From an uncultured Alphaproteobacteria bacterium (GTDB lineage: Bacteria > Pseudomonadota > Alphaproteobacteria > Rs-D84): DNA of 64,000 nucleotides. The notes beneath the pieces are model-generated. The model ran no database searches, was not told where the DNA came from, and saw nothing but the letters and a program-made list of their open reading frames with translations. Position numbers and translations under genes: made by a program. Where the stretch lies: contig CALXXD010000006.1 of assembly GCA_944392595.1 (NCBI GenBank), positions 7,074-71,073 of the forward strand, given 5' to 3'. This document shows positions 28,126-37,440 of the stretch, piece by piece; position 1 is the first letter of the stretch, and each line of letters starts with the position of its first letter.

Positions 28126-31100
28126 TCAGAAATTATATCTGAATTTCAGCATACCTGTCTGGGATGTATAATCTTCGTGCAAATCCAAATCGTAATTCAC
28201 AGAAATTTCCCATCCTTCATACAGCGCGGACAATCCAATACCGAATTCCCCACCGAACCGAGACAACCGTTCGCCATTCAGCACGTATGCACTGGCACCC
28301 GGGATTGTAACGGTGGTTACCGCTTCATCCGACAAGAAATCGTATGTCGCAGCCGCACGGATTTCCGGACGGAATTTCAACCGTGCATCCGATTCGATTT
28401 CGAACGCATATTTCAATCCTGCAACACCGGTCAGATAATTTGTATCTTCGTTTTCAACATTGAAACCGTTGTTATAATCATCGGTCGCGATATGCAGGTA
28501 ACGTGCGCCAATCTCGGGCGTTAAACCAGATGCAAAATCGTATCCAGTCATGATTTGCCCACCAAACGAATCGACATCGTATTCATAATCACTTGCGACA
28601 CCGAACGCAACACCGCTTTCCGTGTAATTCGCCATTGTATAGTTCAACGCAGCGTTAATATACCATTGCGTTGGCTTATACTGGCCATACACGAACAAAC
28701 TGCTGCTGTCGATTGATGTATCATTCGTTGCATCGATATCAGTTTCGTTATACGCATAACCGATACCAACGGTATATTTACCATTAATCAACGCATCCGC
28801 ACCAACGGCAACGCCGTATGTATCGCCACTGAACTTATCGGCATATTTCGAATGGTTCATCAAGCCTTGGGCCCATACGCCATAATCCATATTGGCCGCA
28901 TCACCACCGCTGCGTCCAACCAGCGCATTGCCAGACATACGTCCCGCCGCCAAAGACAACACTTGGCTTTGTGCAGACGATGCAACAGATTGTGCAACCG
29001 GCGTATCCTGGGGCAGTAATTTTTTGGTTTCTGCCTGGACATACTGGGCACCGCCCTGCTCTTTTAACGCATCTTGCGCGCGGATTGCCATAGCGTTCAT
29101 AGCGTTGTTACCACTGTTTGCCAATCCAACCAGAACGGCCGCCGATTCGTTTGCCAAACCATTATCCTTGGCAATGGTCGCCACATCTTTGGTTGCGACA
29201 ACAATGTTTCCATCACTGACGGACACGTTATACAACGCATTGTTGTCGGCATTCTTCAACATCTCCGATGTCAAATCAACACCAATATCGTACGTACCGG
29301 CCGCACCGAATGTGAAATCCAGGCTTCCATTGCCCGCACTGAATTCACCATCTTCGCCAACACTGATTTTTGCAAACGAATTTGCATTTAATAAATCAGC
29401 CGCCAAAGTACCCTGAACATTGATATTGTTCTGCTGGATTGATGCAGTGCCGATATCCAAAGTCGCGCCACTCGAAATAGTCAGCGCACCTGTGTCGCCC
29501 GTGATACCGCCGGTCATGGTTGTTACACCACCCGTGATATTCAGCGTCCCCAGGTTATGAATATCATTGGCAACACCGCCCGCAAAATTATTCACGAACG
29601 TATTGTTACCAGATAATGTGACAATGCCATCATGATTATAAATCGCACCACCGACATCACCCGCAACATTGGAATCCATCAAAACATCTTTCAGCACAAC
29701 AGTGCCTTTACCACCACTCAGCGCGTTGGCGATCGCGCCTCCCTGTTTTCCAGCCTGATTACCAACAAAAGTGCTGTTATTTATATAACTGATTGTTCCA
29801 GAATTGGAAATTGCGCCACCCTGCAAATTATTCTTTTCTTCTACTGCATTGGTTATGACCGCACCATTACTGATAAAATCCACATTTTCGAACTGGACTT
29901 CACCACCACTGCCATTCCAAAACGCACCGCCATTATTCGATCTGTTACCTTGGAACAACACATTTTCAACAGTTTCGATTGTACCTTTGTTATGTACTGC
30001 GCCCCCGGTCGTTTGTGCGGTATTATATGCAAACGTAGAATTTTTAATGCTTCCTATCGTACCATCAGTCGAATTCAATACTGCGGCACCAATACCACCA
30101 CTGTTACCCTGGAACAGCACACGCGACAGCGTATTTATATCACCCTTGTTATAAATCGCGCCACCACCGGCACTCCCGGCTGTTGCGCTGTTACCACCGA
30201 ATGTAACCTGTTGGCCATTATTGTCGAAAACCAATTTACCTTCATTCCAAATCGCACCGCCCCAACCGGCCGAGTTACCAATAATATCAACATCACCTTT
30301 TATGGTCACAGAACCCGCGACGGTATCGCCTTTGGCATTCGTTGCGGCGTTATAAATCGCACCACCGCGACTGTTACCACTGGTTGATGCAGCCTTGTTA
30401 TACGTAAAATCACTGTCTTCCAGTGTTAATGTGCCTTCATTATAAATCGCACCACCAAACGCATTTGTTGCATTTGTTGTTACCGTGTTATATTCAAAAT
30501 CGCCGTCAATTGTGACAGTCGCAGCACCACCATTTTCTTCTTTGATGGAAACAGCGCCACCGGTCGAGTTTTTCTTATAAGCTTCGGCAACAAACGCACC
30601 CTCGTCCGCAGTTGCAGTAACCGAATTTCTGGAAAAATCACCGTCAATCATACCGACAGTAACGGCAAACCCGTCATTACCTTCACGATCAGCACCGCCC
30701 TTGATGTAAATTGCACCACCATTGGCATACGCATCACCATTGGCAGAATTGGAAGTAAAATCGCCATCGATTTCGCCGATACTTACTGCTTTGTTACCAT
30801 ACTGACCCTCGATATGTATTGCGCCACCACCTGCGGATACTTGGTTGTCACCTGCATATTTACCGTCTTTGCCGGTATACTTTGACGTTGCGCTGTTACC
30901 AATAAAATCCCCAGAAATAGATTTTATATTCGTCCCCGCATACAAAGCAAAAGCACCACCATTGGCGGACGCTTTGCTGCGTTCAGCCGCAGATGTATTC
31001 ACGCTGTTGTTTTTGAAAGTACCGCTGATACCACCCAACGAACCATGGCTGTATAACACAGAACCTTGGGCATAAACATCTTTTGCTCCACCAACTGTCT

Positions 31101-31356
31101 TGGTCACAGATATGGAATTTCCACTTACCAAACCGGCCTGGATATAATCATTCTGATATGTTGTATCGCCAGTGGCCAAGTTCAACACACCGCCACCACG
31201 TTCTACATTCTCTTCTTCTATATATTCATTACCCGACCATTGCCCAACTGCATTCGGATCATTTGAAGTTTCAGCCGCAACCGCAGGCATAATTGCCAAC
31301 GCCGGCAACACAGAACAGATTTTCAGCAAATCTGTCAAATGCTTGTATGCTGACAT
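28126..31356 (-). CDS. Autotransporter with polymorphic-membrane-protein (Pmp)-type GGAI / FxxN repeats
   Basis: Signal peptide ..ALAIMPAVAA. About a dozen GGA(I/V/F) motifs (GGAIYN, GGAIWN, GGAVHN) alternating with FxxN motifs (FIGNSA, FTSNSA, FQGNSG). The C-terminal roughly 280 aa show an alternating beta-strand pattern ending ..LKFRYNF. Confidence 0.88.
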   Translation of the reverse strand: MSAYKHLTDLLKICSVLPALAIMPAVAAETSNDPNAVGQWSGNEYIEEENVERGGGVLNLATGDTTYQNDYIQAGLVSGNSISVTKTVGGAKDVYAQGSVLYSHGSLGGISGTFKNNSVNTSAAERSKASANGGAFALYAGTNIKSISGDFIGNSATSKYTGKDGKYAGDNQVSAGGGAIHIEGQYGNKAVSIGEIDGDFTSNSANGDAYANGGAIYIKGGADREGNDGFAVTVGMIDGDFSRNSVTATADEGAFVAEAYKKNSTGGAVSIKEENGGAATVTIDGDFEYNTVTTNATNAFGGAIYNEGTLTLEDSDFTYNKAASTSGNSRGGAIYNAATNAKGDTVAGSVTIKGDVDIIGNSAGWGGAIWNEGKLVFDNNGQQVTFGGNSATAGSAGGGAIYNKGDINTLSRVLFQGNSGGIGAAVLNSTDGTIGSIKNSTFAYNTAQTTGGAVHNKGTIETVENVLFQGNRSNNGGAFWNGSGGEVQFENVDFISNGAVITNAVEEKNNLQGGAISNSGTISYINNSTFVGNQAGKQGGAIANALSGGKGTVVLKDVLMDSNVAGDVGGAIYNHDGIVTLSGNNTFVNNFAGGVANDIHNLGTLNITGGVTTMTGGITGDTGALTISSGATLDIGTASIQQNNINVQGTLAADLLNANSFAKISVGEDGEFSAGNGSLDFTFGAAGTYDIGVDLTSEMLKNADNNALYNVSVSDGNIVVATKDVATIAKDNGLANESAAVLVGLANSGNNAMNAMAIRAQDALKEQGGAQYVQAETKKLLPQDTPVAQSVASSAQSQVLSLAAGRMSGNALVGRSGGDAANMDYGVWAQGLMNHSKYADKFSGDTYGVAVGADALINGKYTVGIGYAYNETDIDATNDTSIDSSSLFVYGQYKPTQWYINAALNYTMANYTESGVAFGVASDYEYDVDSFGGQIMTGYDFASGLTPEIGARYLHIATDDYNNGFNVENEDTNYLTGVAGLKYAFEIESDARLKFRPEIRAAATYDFLSDEAVTTVTIPGASAYVLNGERLSRFGGEFGIGLSALYEGWEISVNYDLDLHEDYTSQTGMLKFRYNF

Positions 31357-31592
31357 ACTTTCTCCTTTTTTCTAGTTTTTTATTGTACAAAACCCTTCTG
31401 TATACCCACGGTACCACATGGGGAAAAAGTTGCAACAAAAATTATTTTGAAAAAATTCCCAAAAAAATATACCACCAATCCAAACGGAAATGACGGTCGT
31501 TTTCACAAAAAATTGCATGTAATATAACAACCAAATCAAATAAAAAAATAGATTGCAAATGTCGCATAATAATGTATAATACCCCGCACGAC

Positions 31593-31666
31593 TGGGGCAT
31601 AGTTTAATGGTAGAACAGCAGACTCTGACTCTGTATATCGCGGTTCGAGTCCGTGTGCCCCAACCA
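31593..31666 (+). tRNA. tRNA-Gln (anticodon CUG), CCA encoded
   Basis: Manual cloverleaf: acceptor TGGGGCA/TGCCCCA, D stem GTTT/GAAC, anticodon stem GCAGA/TCTGT with loop CT-CTG-AC, T arm CGCGG-TTCGAGT-CCGTG, discriminator A plus CCA. Confidence 0.85.
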
Positions 31667-31677
31667 AATAAAAAAAC

Positions 31678-31699
31678 ACCCCGTTGGGGTATTTTTTTA
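31678..31699 (+). terminator. Terminator after tRNA-Gln
   Basis: Hairpin ACCCC-GTT-GGGGT followed by ATTTTTTT. Confidence 0.75.
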
Positions 31700-31831
31700 T
31701 TTGGTATTCGCACGGACTGCACAAATAAACTTACGTATTTGTGCCGCAAAACATTATCAATGTTTTGTAACCATTTCGGAAAATCAACAGATTTCCCAAA
31801 ATGGAAATGGGGGGCACCCCCATTCCCCCGT

Positions 31832-31845
31832 GTGTGCCCCAACCA
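31832..31845 (+). repeat. Direct repeat of the tRNA-Gln 3-prime end (att-like)
   Basis: GTGTGCCCCAACCA is identical to 31653-31666, the last 14 nt of the tRNA including CCA. Confidence 0.7.
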
Positions 31846-32161
31846 CCCTTCGCATCTGTGACGATGCGCTGGCAAGCCGGAGCGGAACAGCTTACGCGAA
31901 GGAGTGCCACACGAAGTTTTAACGAAGTGTGGCTGACACTTTTATATTTATCAACCTGCCAATTCGGCGGGATTTTTATTTATAATCCGCTCCCCTTCGC
32001 GTCTGTGACGATGCGCTGGCAAGCCGGAGCGGAACAGCTTACGCGAAGGAGTGCCACACGAAGTTTTAACGAAGTGTGGCTGACACTTTTATATTTATCA
32101 ACCTGCCAATTCGGCGGGATTTTTATTTATAATCCGCTCCCCTTCGCGTCTGTGACGATGC
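31846..32161 (+). repeat. 147-bp tandem direct repeat, about 2.15 copies
   Basis: Units start near 31846, 31993 and 32140. The two full units differ at one position that I can see (CGCATCTG vs CGCGTCTG). Each unit contains hairpin GCCACAC..GTGTGGC and a terminator-like CTGCC-AATTC-GGCGG followed by GATTTTTATTT. Confidence 0.9.
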
Positions 32162-32186
32162 AACGCGACGTATCCAGGACATCAAT

Positions 32187-32219
32187 AAAAAAACAAAATC
32201 CCGCGCATGCGCGCGGGAT
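32187..32219 (-). terminator. Rho-independent terminator of the lipoprotein gene
   Basis: Hairpin ATCCCGCGC-ATGC-GCGCGGGAT followed by a T-rich run on the - strand. Confidence 0.75.
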
Positions 32220-32241
32220 AATATGGGGATAAACGTAAATT

Positions 32242-33662
32242 TTACTGCTGGGGTTGCTGTTGCGTTTTACCACCAAATCCCATAAACAGATTTACGTTGC
32301 CGTTATCACGCTCAGACGGATTAACATTTTGCTGATATTGGAACAAAGCAACGGCCTCGGACGGTTTGCCGTCGTCACCAAAATATCCGCTTTCAAAGTA
32401 TGCCCCCTGGGTGCCAACATTTTCCGTCTGCGCCAATTTGAATTTGTCATCCGAAATATTGTCGCCACCATCAAATGTTACAGACCCAATTCTGTTACCA
32501 TAATTAAAGTTATTTACAACGGTCACATTATACCAATTATCAAATTTTGCAGACAAAGTTTCGCTTCCACTTGCCAACACCAATGTTGCATTATCATCCC
32601 TGATATTCATACGACCGCCAACACTGTTTGGTGCCTCGACCATACCGGCAGCGGTACCCTTAAACGTGATGCTGTCCGTCACAGTGGTTTTATCGATATT
32701 TTTCACCATATATCCACCTGCATACGGAATCGCCACATTATCCAAAGGTTGGCCATTATATGTTGAACCATCACTTGGGGTAATCATACCAAAATCGGCA
32801 TAACTTAACCCCAAATTTTGGCATAAGAATTAACAATAAAACCGCCGGTAATCTGATTGTTTGCTGCAAACTTGAATTCATTACTGTCGCCGTCGCGTTC
32901 AATCCTTTTATACATGGCTTCGGGATTATATGTATGATCGCCACGTACAAACTGGATGGCTTCGATTTCGCCACTGTCATCAACCCACATTCTTAATATA
33001 TCACTGACCCCAGTTGTGGTCAGCGCACTGAACGCGGCATTTTCCAAATTATAATACCCTTGGTTGGTTGCTATATCTTTGATTTCGTTCTGGTTATTTT
33101 TTATCCATTGTTTAATATCATCGGTCATGCCAGATAAATCGCCTTTATACCCCGCGGCAATCAAAGCATTACGAATATCTTTCCAATCATAAGATTCCAA
33201 ATTGTCAATATTCTGCAAAACCGTCAGCATATTATCAAAAATAACCTGATTACAATCCTGCGTATTTTTGCAAACGTTTTTCAATTCGTTGGATTGATTG
33301 TCATTTGCGCGTTTGGCGGCAAAATTTGCCACAGTCGCACTGCGTGACGCCGACCAAGAACCTTGATCTGGGGCTGATTCATTGCCCATCATTTCATTAA
33401 TCATTTTATTATATTCATCTTCGCCAAACACAGATTTTAAATATGCGGTGCGCCCATTCTCGTCATATACGCTGGACTCCATTCTTACAACATTTTGATT
33501 AGAAATTTTGGCATTTTCATCAACTTGACCAACACCAGTTGCATATTTATCTATATTTGCAGCATCGCCACCCGCACCCGGCACAAAAGATCCCGATCCA
33601 CCGGAACCGCCACCACATGCAGCCAAACAAACACACATAAAGAACATGAAAAGTTTTTTCAT
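32242..33662 (-). pseudogene. Surface lipoprotein with C-terminal TbpB/fHbp-like beta-barrel domain, split by a frameshift
   Basis: Lipobox MKKLFMFFMCVCLAAC-GGGSGG with a strong Shine-Dalgarno. The C-terminal part (LSYADFG...ITFKGTAAG...GYFGDDGKPSEAVALFQY) resembles the lipoprotein beta-barrel domain of transferrin-binding-protein-like proteins. The two ORFs (32805-33662 and 32242-32814) fuse if one base is added in the TTTGGGG tract near 32808. Confidence 0.6.
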
Positions 33663-33785
33663 TATTTCCCCCTTGTATAACATTTTACAATGTACTTATA
33701 TCCATACCACAACCCATTGAAAAATCAACAGATTTATTCCGACATATTTCCTGGGGAAAAGGTGTTTAATTTATATACCTGTGAA

Positions 33786-34924
33786 TTAATACGTAATTTT
33801 TCCCTGGGCGACATTTATAATTTCCTCGACATCAGGATAATCATGCAAATACGGGTGCATTTCCGCCAATTTACACACCAGCGCATTATTTTTATCTATC
33901 ATTTCCTGGATTTGCGCATTGTTTGGCACATGAATATAATCCGCCCAAATTTCAGTATCATATTCCACAGGATCATATACAGCGGCGGTTGCCTCGGGCA
34001 CCAAAGTCAATTCACCGACATAAATTTTATCATCGGCCGTTTCATATAAATCAACACGCATACAGGGAACCCCCGCCGACAATTTCGCAGCAATTTCACA
34101 CATAGCCTTCAAATTTTTAGGCTTTGGCATATCTGGGTTATCCAGGAACACCCCCGAATTCTCACAAGACCACTTTACATCAATTTTCTTAAAATCCGGC
34201 AAAGAATAGTGCGTAAAGTTTTTATCAGATGATTTTATTTTATTCGAATTTATCGATTTTGATGTAATACGTATAATCTTTGGCACACCATCAAAACAAT
34301 ATATTTTATAATCAATAATTTCCAAATCATGATACGTTTTGAAATCTAACATCTCTTCGGCAATCACCGTGCATGTTTCATGCCCTGAATATGCCTTGCG
34401 TAAAAACAAACTATTAATATTTTTTCTTGTACATTCGTCAATCGCATTTTTGTCTTTTATCAAAACAACATCCATTGCACCCCAACCAAACGAACTTTTT
34501 AACACGAAACTTTTTGGCAAGACATTAAAATCAATATCTCCATACGCCTTGTATAACCCCAGTGTTTTTACTGTATATTCCCACCCAGAACATAATTAAA
34601 ATATTCTTTGGCTGCAATTTTATTTTCAAAGAAATAATAAATTGCCGATTTTGTATTCGTATAATAATCACGTGCAATCACGCGCCATTTCTCCCAATAA
34701 GTTTTTGGTAAATTATAATTTGGTAAATATCGACCGCCCGACCCCAACACATATTCATAAGTTCGAAAATCCACCCGGAACGCACGTTTGAATAATTCTA
34801 TATCGCGCTCTAGCTCGACCAACTTTTTCCGAACATTTACGCGTTTGTTGTACGAAACGATTTTCATACCACAAAAATATATTCTGCGACGATTACCATC
34901 CCGAACCTTTTCAAATATTTTCAT
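33786..34924 (-). pseudogene. TupA-like ATP-grasp protein, split by a frameshift
   Basis: The downstream part has the ATP-grasp TupA-like pattern (LPKSFVLKSSFGWG..., YKIYCFDG.PKII, CMRVDLYETADDKIYVGELTLVPE). The frame -1 to the upstream ORF reads EYTVKTLGLYKAYGDIDFNVLPKSFVLK, continuing ..KIAAKEYFNYVLGG. One base is missing in the GGTGGG run near 34570. Confidence 0.6.
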
Positions 34925-34939
34925 ATTGTTACCTTCTAC

Positions 34940-35752
34940 TTAAAACTTTAAATGTCTAAGATGCCACCAAAACGAATGATGTAATGCGCTATGATTAATC
35001 GCAAACTTACCACAATACTTACGATCATATTCCATTTGTTTCAACACGCGTCTATATCGCGGAAAAGCAGTTTCACCGATTACCAATCGCATTGGCCAAC
35101 GTTTATCTGATTCCAACGTATCAAACAACGCATCAGCCACGATGCGCGGTGCAGGCCGCATCCCGCCTGTATATTTTTCATGCGTGGAATTTTCCAAACT
35201 GTTTTCACGACATCTTGTTTCAAAGGGTCCCGGATTCACCGACATTGCGCGAACACCACCATCAATCAACGCATGCGTCATCGCATCCTGGGCTGCCTTG
35301 GCCATACCATAAAACAGTCCCCGATATTTAGAATCCACCCCACCGATACTGGCCACAGTTACGATTACGCCATCATTGGCACGAATATGCGGTAACAACG
35401 TCTTTGTAACATTTATTGTACCAAACAAGTCGGTTTCAAACATTCTGCGCATCAATACATCATAAGAATCTTCCAAAGCAGTCAAATAATTAACGCCGGC
35501 ATTATTTATTAAAACATCAATATGACCAAAACATTCCACACCACGATTAACCGCTGCAACAATTGTATCTGGTTTTGTAATATCACATACAACGGCCAAC
35601 GCATTTTTATTATCACGCAAATAATCCAAATCAGCGATATTACGCGCAGTTGCAATGACACGATATCCGCGTTCCAACGCAACAGTAGCAAACTCGCGCC
35701 CAAAACCGGACGAGCATCCAGTTATAAAAAACACAGCATCTTTTTTTATCAT
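34940..35752 (-). CDS. Short-chain dehydrogenase/reductase (SDR) family oxidoreductase
   Basis: Cofactor motif FFITGCSSGFGRE, NNAG motif, catalytic YGMAKAA (YxxxK). Confidence 0.85.
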   Translation of the reverse strand: MIKKDAVFFITGCSSGFGREFATVALERGYRVIATARNIADLDYLRDNKNALAVVCDITKPDTIVAAVNRGVECFGHIDVLINNAGVNYLTALEDSYDVLMRRMFETDLFGTINVTKTLLPHIRANDGVIVTVASIGGVDSKYRGLFYGMAKAAQDAMTHALIDGGVRAMSVNPGPFETRCRENSLENSTHEKYTGGMRPAPRIVADALFDTLESDKRWPMRLVIGETAFPRYRRVLKQMEYDRKYCGKFAINHSALHHSFWWHLRHLKF

Positions 35753-37434
35753 TTTTTATTTCCCTTCAAATGTCGCATTAAACGATGTAATGATTTTTCT
35801 TTGTTTTTGTCACGCAATGACAACATGGTGTTCTTGCCATTTTGTTCATCGGCGATGGTGGTAAATACCTCGAACAACACAGGATTATCAAATTCACCAT
35901 TGCAAAATTCATTTATCTGTGACAAAAATTCATCCTTGGTCTTCGCCGACATATAATGAAACCCGCATGATTTGGCCCAACCACGCGCGCCACCAGCATT
36001 ATGACCGGCCGCATCAATCAAAACATCAACCTTTTCCCCCAACGGATTATCAACAACCGGATTAATACGGAACTCTACACCGCAATTATTATTTACCAAT
36101 AAAATTCTGATGTTTTTACCGACATGCCGATTACCCAATATATTCATATCATAGAAAAACGCCAAATCACCCAAATAACAAAAACATAACTTATCGCACA
36201 CCAACGACATCCCCAAAACAGTAGAAACACTGCCATCTATGCCACAGGTACCAACATTTGCACACGAATCTACGCCTGATGGCAAATCAAAAAAATTCAA
36301 TCCACGGCGACAATTGCTCGTTACATGAATAACGCTGTCACTGGGCAAATACTTTGCCAAATATTGTGCTATCAATGGACTTGATAACGGCAATTCAGGG
36401 ATAACAACTTCATCAACACACTTTTTAACCTGGCTGTAAAATTCCGACTTTTTTTCAACTGTTACACTATTCATACGTTCAAAGAACAGTTCTTCTGGAC
36501 AATCGAAAAATTTTCTTGTATGACCATGCCGATTGACAAATTTGCCATTTCCAGACACGCGCCACATCTTTGCTTTTGAATACAATTCTGGGGCGGAATA
36601 ATCACCCATAACATCACCAATATCTATTAATATTTCTGGACGTGACGCACGTGCCAACCATTGGGCGCGGGCACACAAAATTTTATTTTTCCCATGATAA
36701 TTTGCACTGTGATCGCAATATACCGGCACCCCAAACTTTTCAGCAAAATCGCCAATTAATTGCTCTAAACGTGGCGAAAATCTTTTATGACTGCCAATAA
36801 AAACACCGCTTTTTGCACCAGACAACTCGCCGGCCAATTCATCCGCATCAAAATAAGAATCAAAGCAATCTATTTTATAAACATCTTTCGGCAAATTTTT
36901 GGTATCAAATGAAAAATCATAATTTTGGATACAATTTATATGTACAGGCCCCAATCCACGAACCGCCGTCATCAATGCAGAATGCATCATCTGAATAAAG
37001 ACACGTTTATCATCATCAGTATCTATCAATGGCAAATTAACATCCAAAACCTTGACATCATTTTGCGAAATACTGCGATCAATACTCTGGCATTCCATGG
37101 CATCAAATCCCTGATGATGCGTAAATGTCAAAGCAATCACAGGCAAATGCCGGTAAAAAGCCTCGGTCAATGCGGGTAAATAATTACGACTGGCTGTCGC
37201 ACCAGTACAAGTTATAACAACCGGTGTTTTCCCACCCAACTGGGCCGCCATCCCAACCGCAGTATATGCCGCACTGCGTTCATCTATTACAGAATAACAA
37301 TCAAAAAATTCATCTTCCTGAACAGATGCATTAAACAAACCATTCTGGGTTCCTGGACTGGCAACAATATGCCGGATACCGTATGCCTTTAACATGGCAA
37401 TAAGATATAAAATCGTTTTATCATTGCAATACAT
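35749..37434 (-). CDS. Thiamine-diphosphate-dependent enzyme, MenD-like
   Basis: 561 aa. N-terminal PYR-domain pattern (GIRHIVASPGTQN..IDERSAAYTAVGMA..VITCTGATASRNYLPALTEA). C-terminal ThDP-binding GDLAFFYDMN...NNNCG. 4-nt overlap with the SDR gene. Confidence 0.7.
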   Translation of the reverse strand: MYCNDKTILYLIAMLKAYGIRHIVASPGTQNGLFNASVQEDEFFDCYSVIDERSAAYTAVGMAAQLGGKTPVVITCTGATASRNYLPALTEAFYRHLPVIALTFTHHQGFDAMECQSIDRSISQNDVKVLDVNLPLIDTDDDKRVFIQMMHSALMTAVRGLGPVHINCIQNYDFSFDTKNLPKDVYKIDCFDSYFDADELAGELSGAKSGVFIGSHKRFSPRLEQLIGDFAEKFGVPVYCDHSANYHGKNKILCARAQWLARASRPEILIDIGDVMGDYSAPELYSKAKMWRVSGNGKFVNRHGHTRKFFDCPEELFFERMNSVTVEKKSEFYSQVKKCVDEVVIPELPLSSPLIAQYLAKYLPSDSVIHVTSNCRRGLNFFDLPSGVDSCANVGTCGIDGSVSTVLGMSLVCDKLCFCYLGDLAFFYDMNILGNRHVGKNIRILLVNNNCGVEFRINPVVDNPLGEKVDVLIDAAGHNAGGARGWAKSCGFHYMSAKTKDEFLSQINEFCNGEFDNPVLFEVFTTIADEQNGKNTMLSLRDKNKEKSLHRLMRHLKGNKK

Positions 37435-37440
37435 AACACA

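Noticed and set aside
29632-30387. 251-aa + strand ORF (and 29804-30154, 28892-29416) opposite the Pmp-like autotransporter.
   Set aside because: They are antisense to a 1076-aa ORF with clear repeat and barrel motifs. Their composition (Ile/Thr/Asn/Arg runs) mirrors the reverse complement of GGAI/FxxN codons.
31801-32232. 143-aa ORF spanning the 147-bp tandem repeat.
   Set aside because: 147 is divisible by 3, so the frame simply re-reads the repeat (the same 49-aa string twice). It starts inside the att-like region and has no Shine-Dalgarno. A non-coding repeat is more parsimonious.
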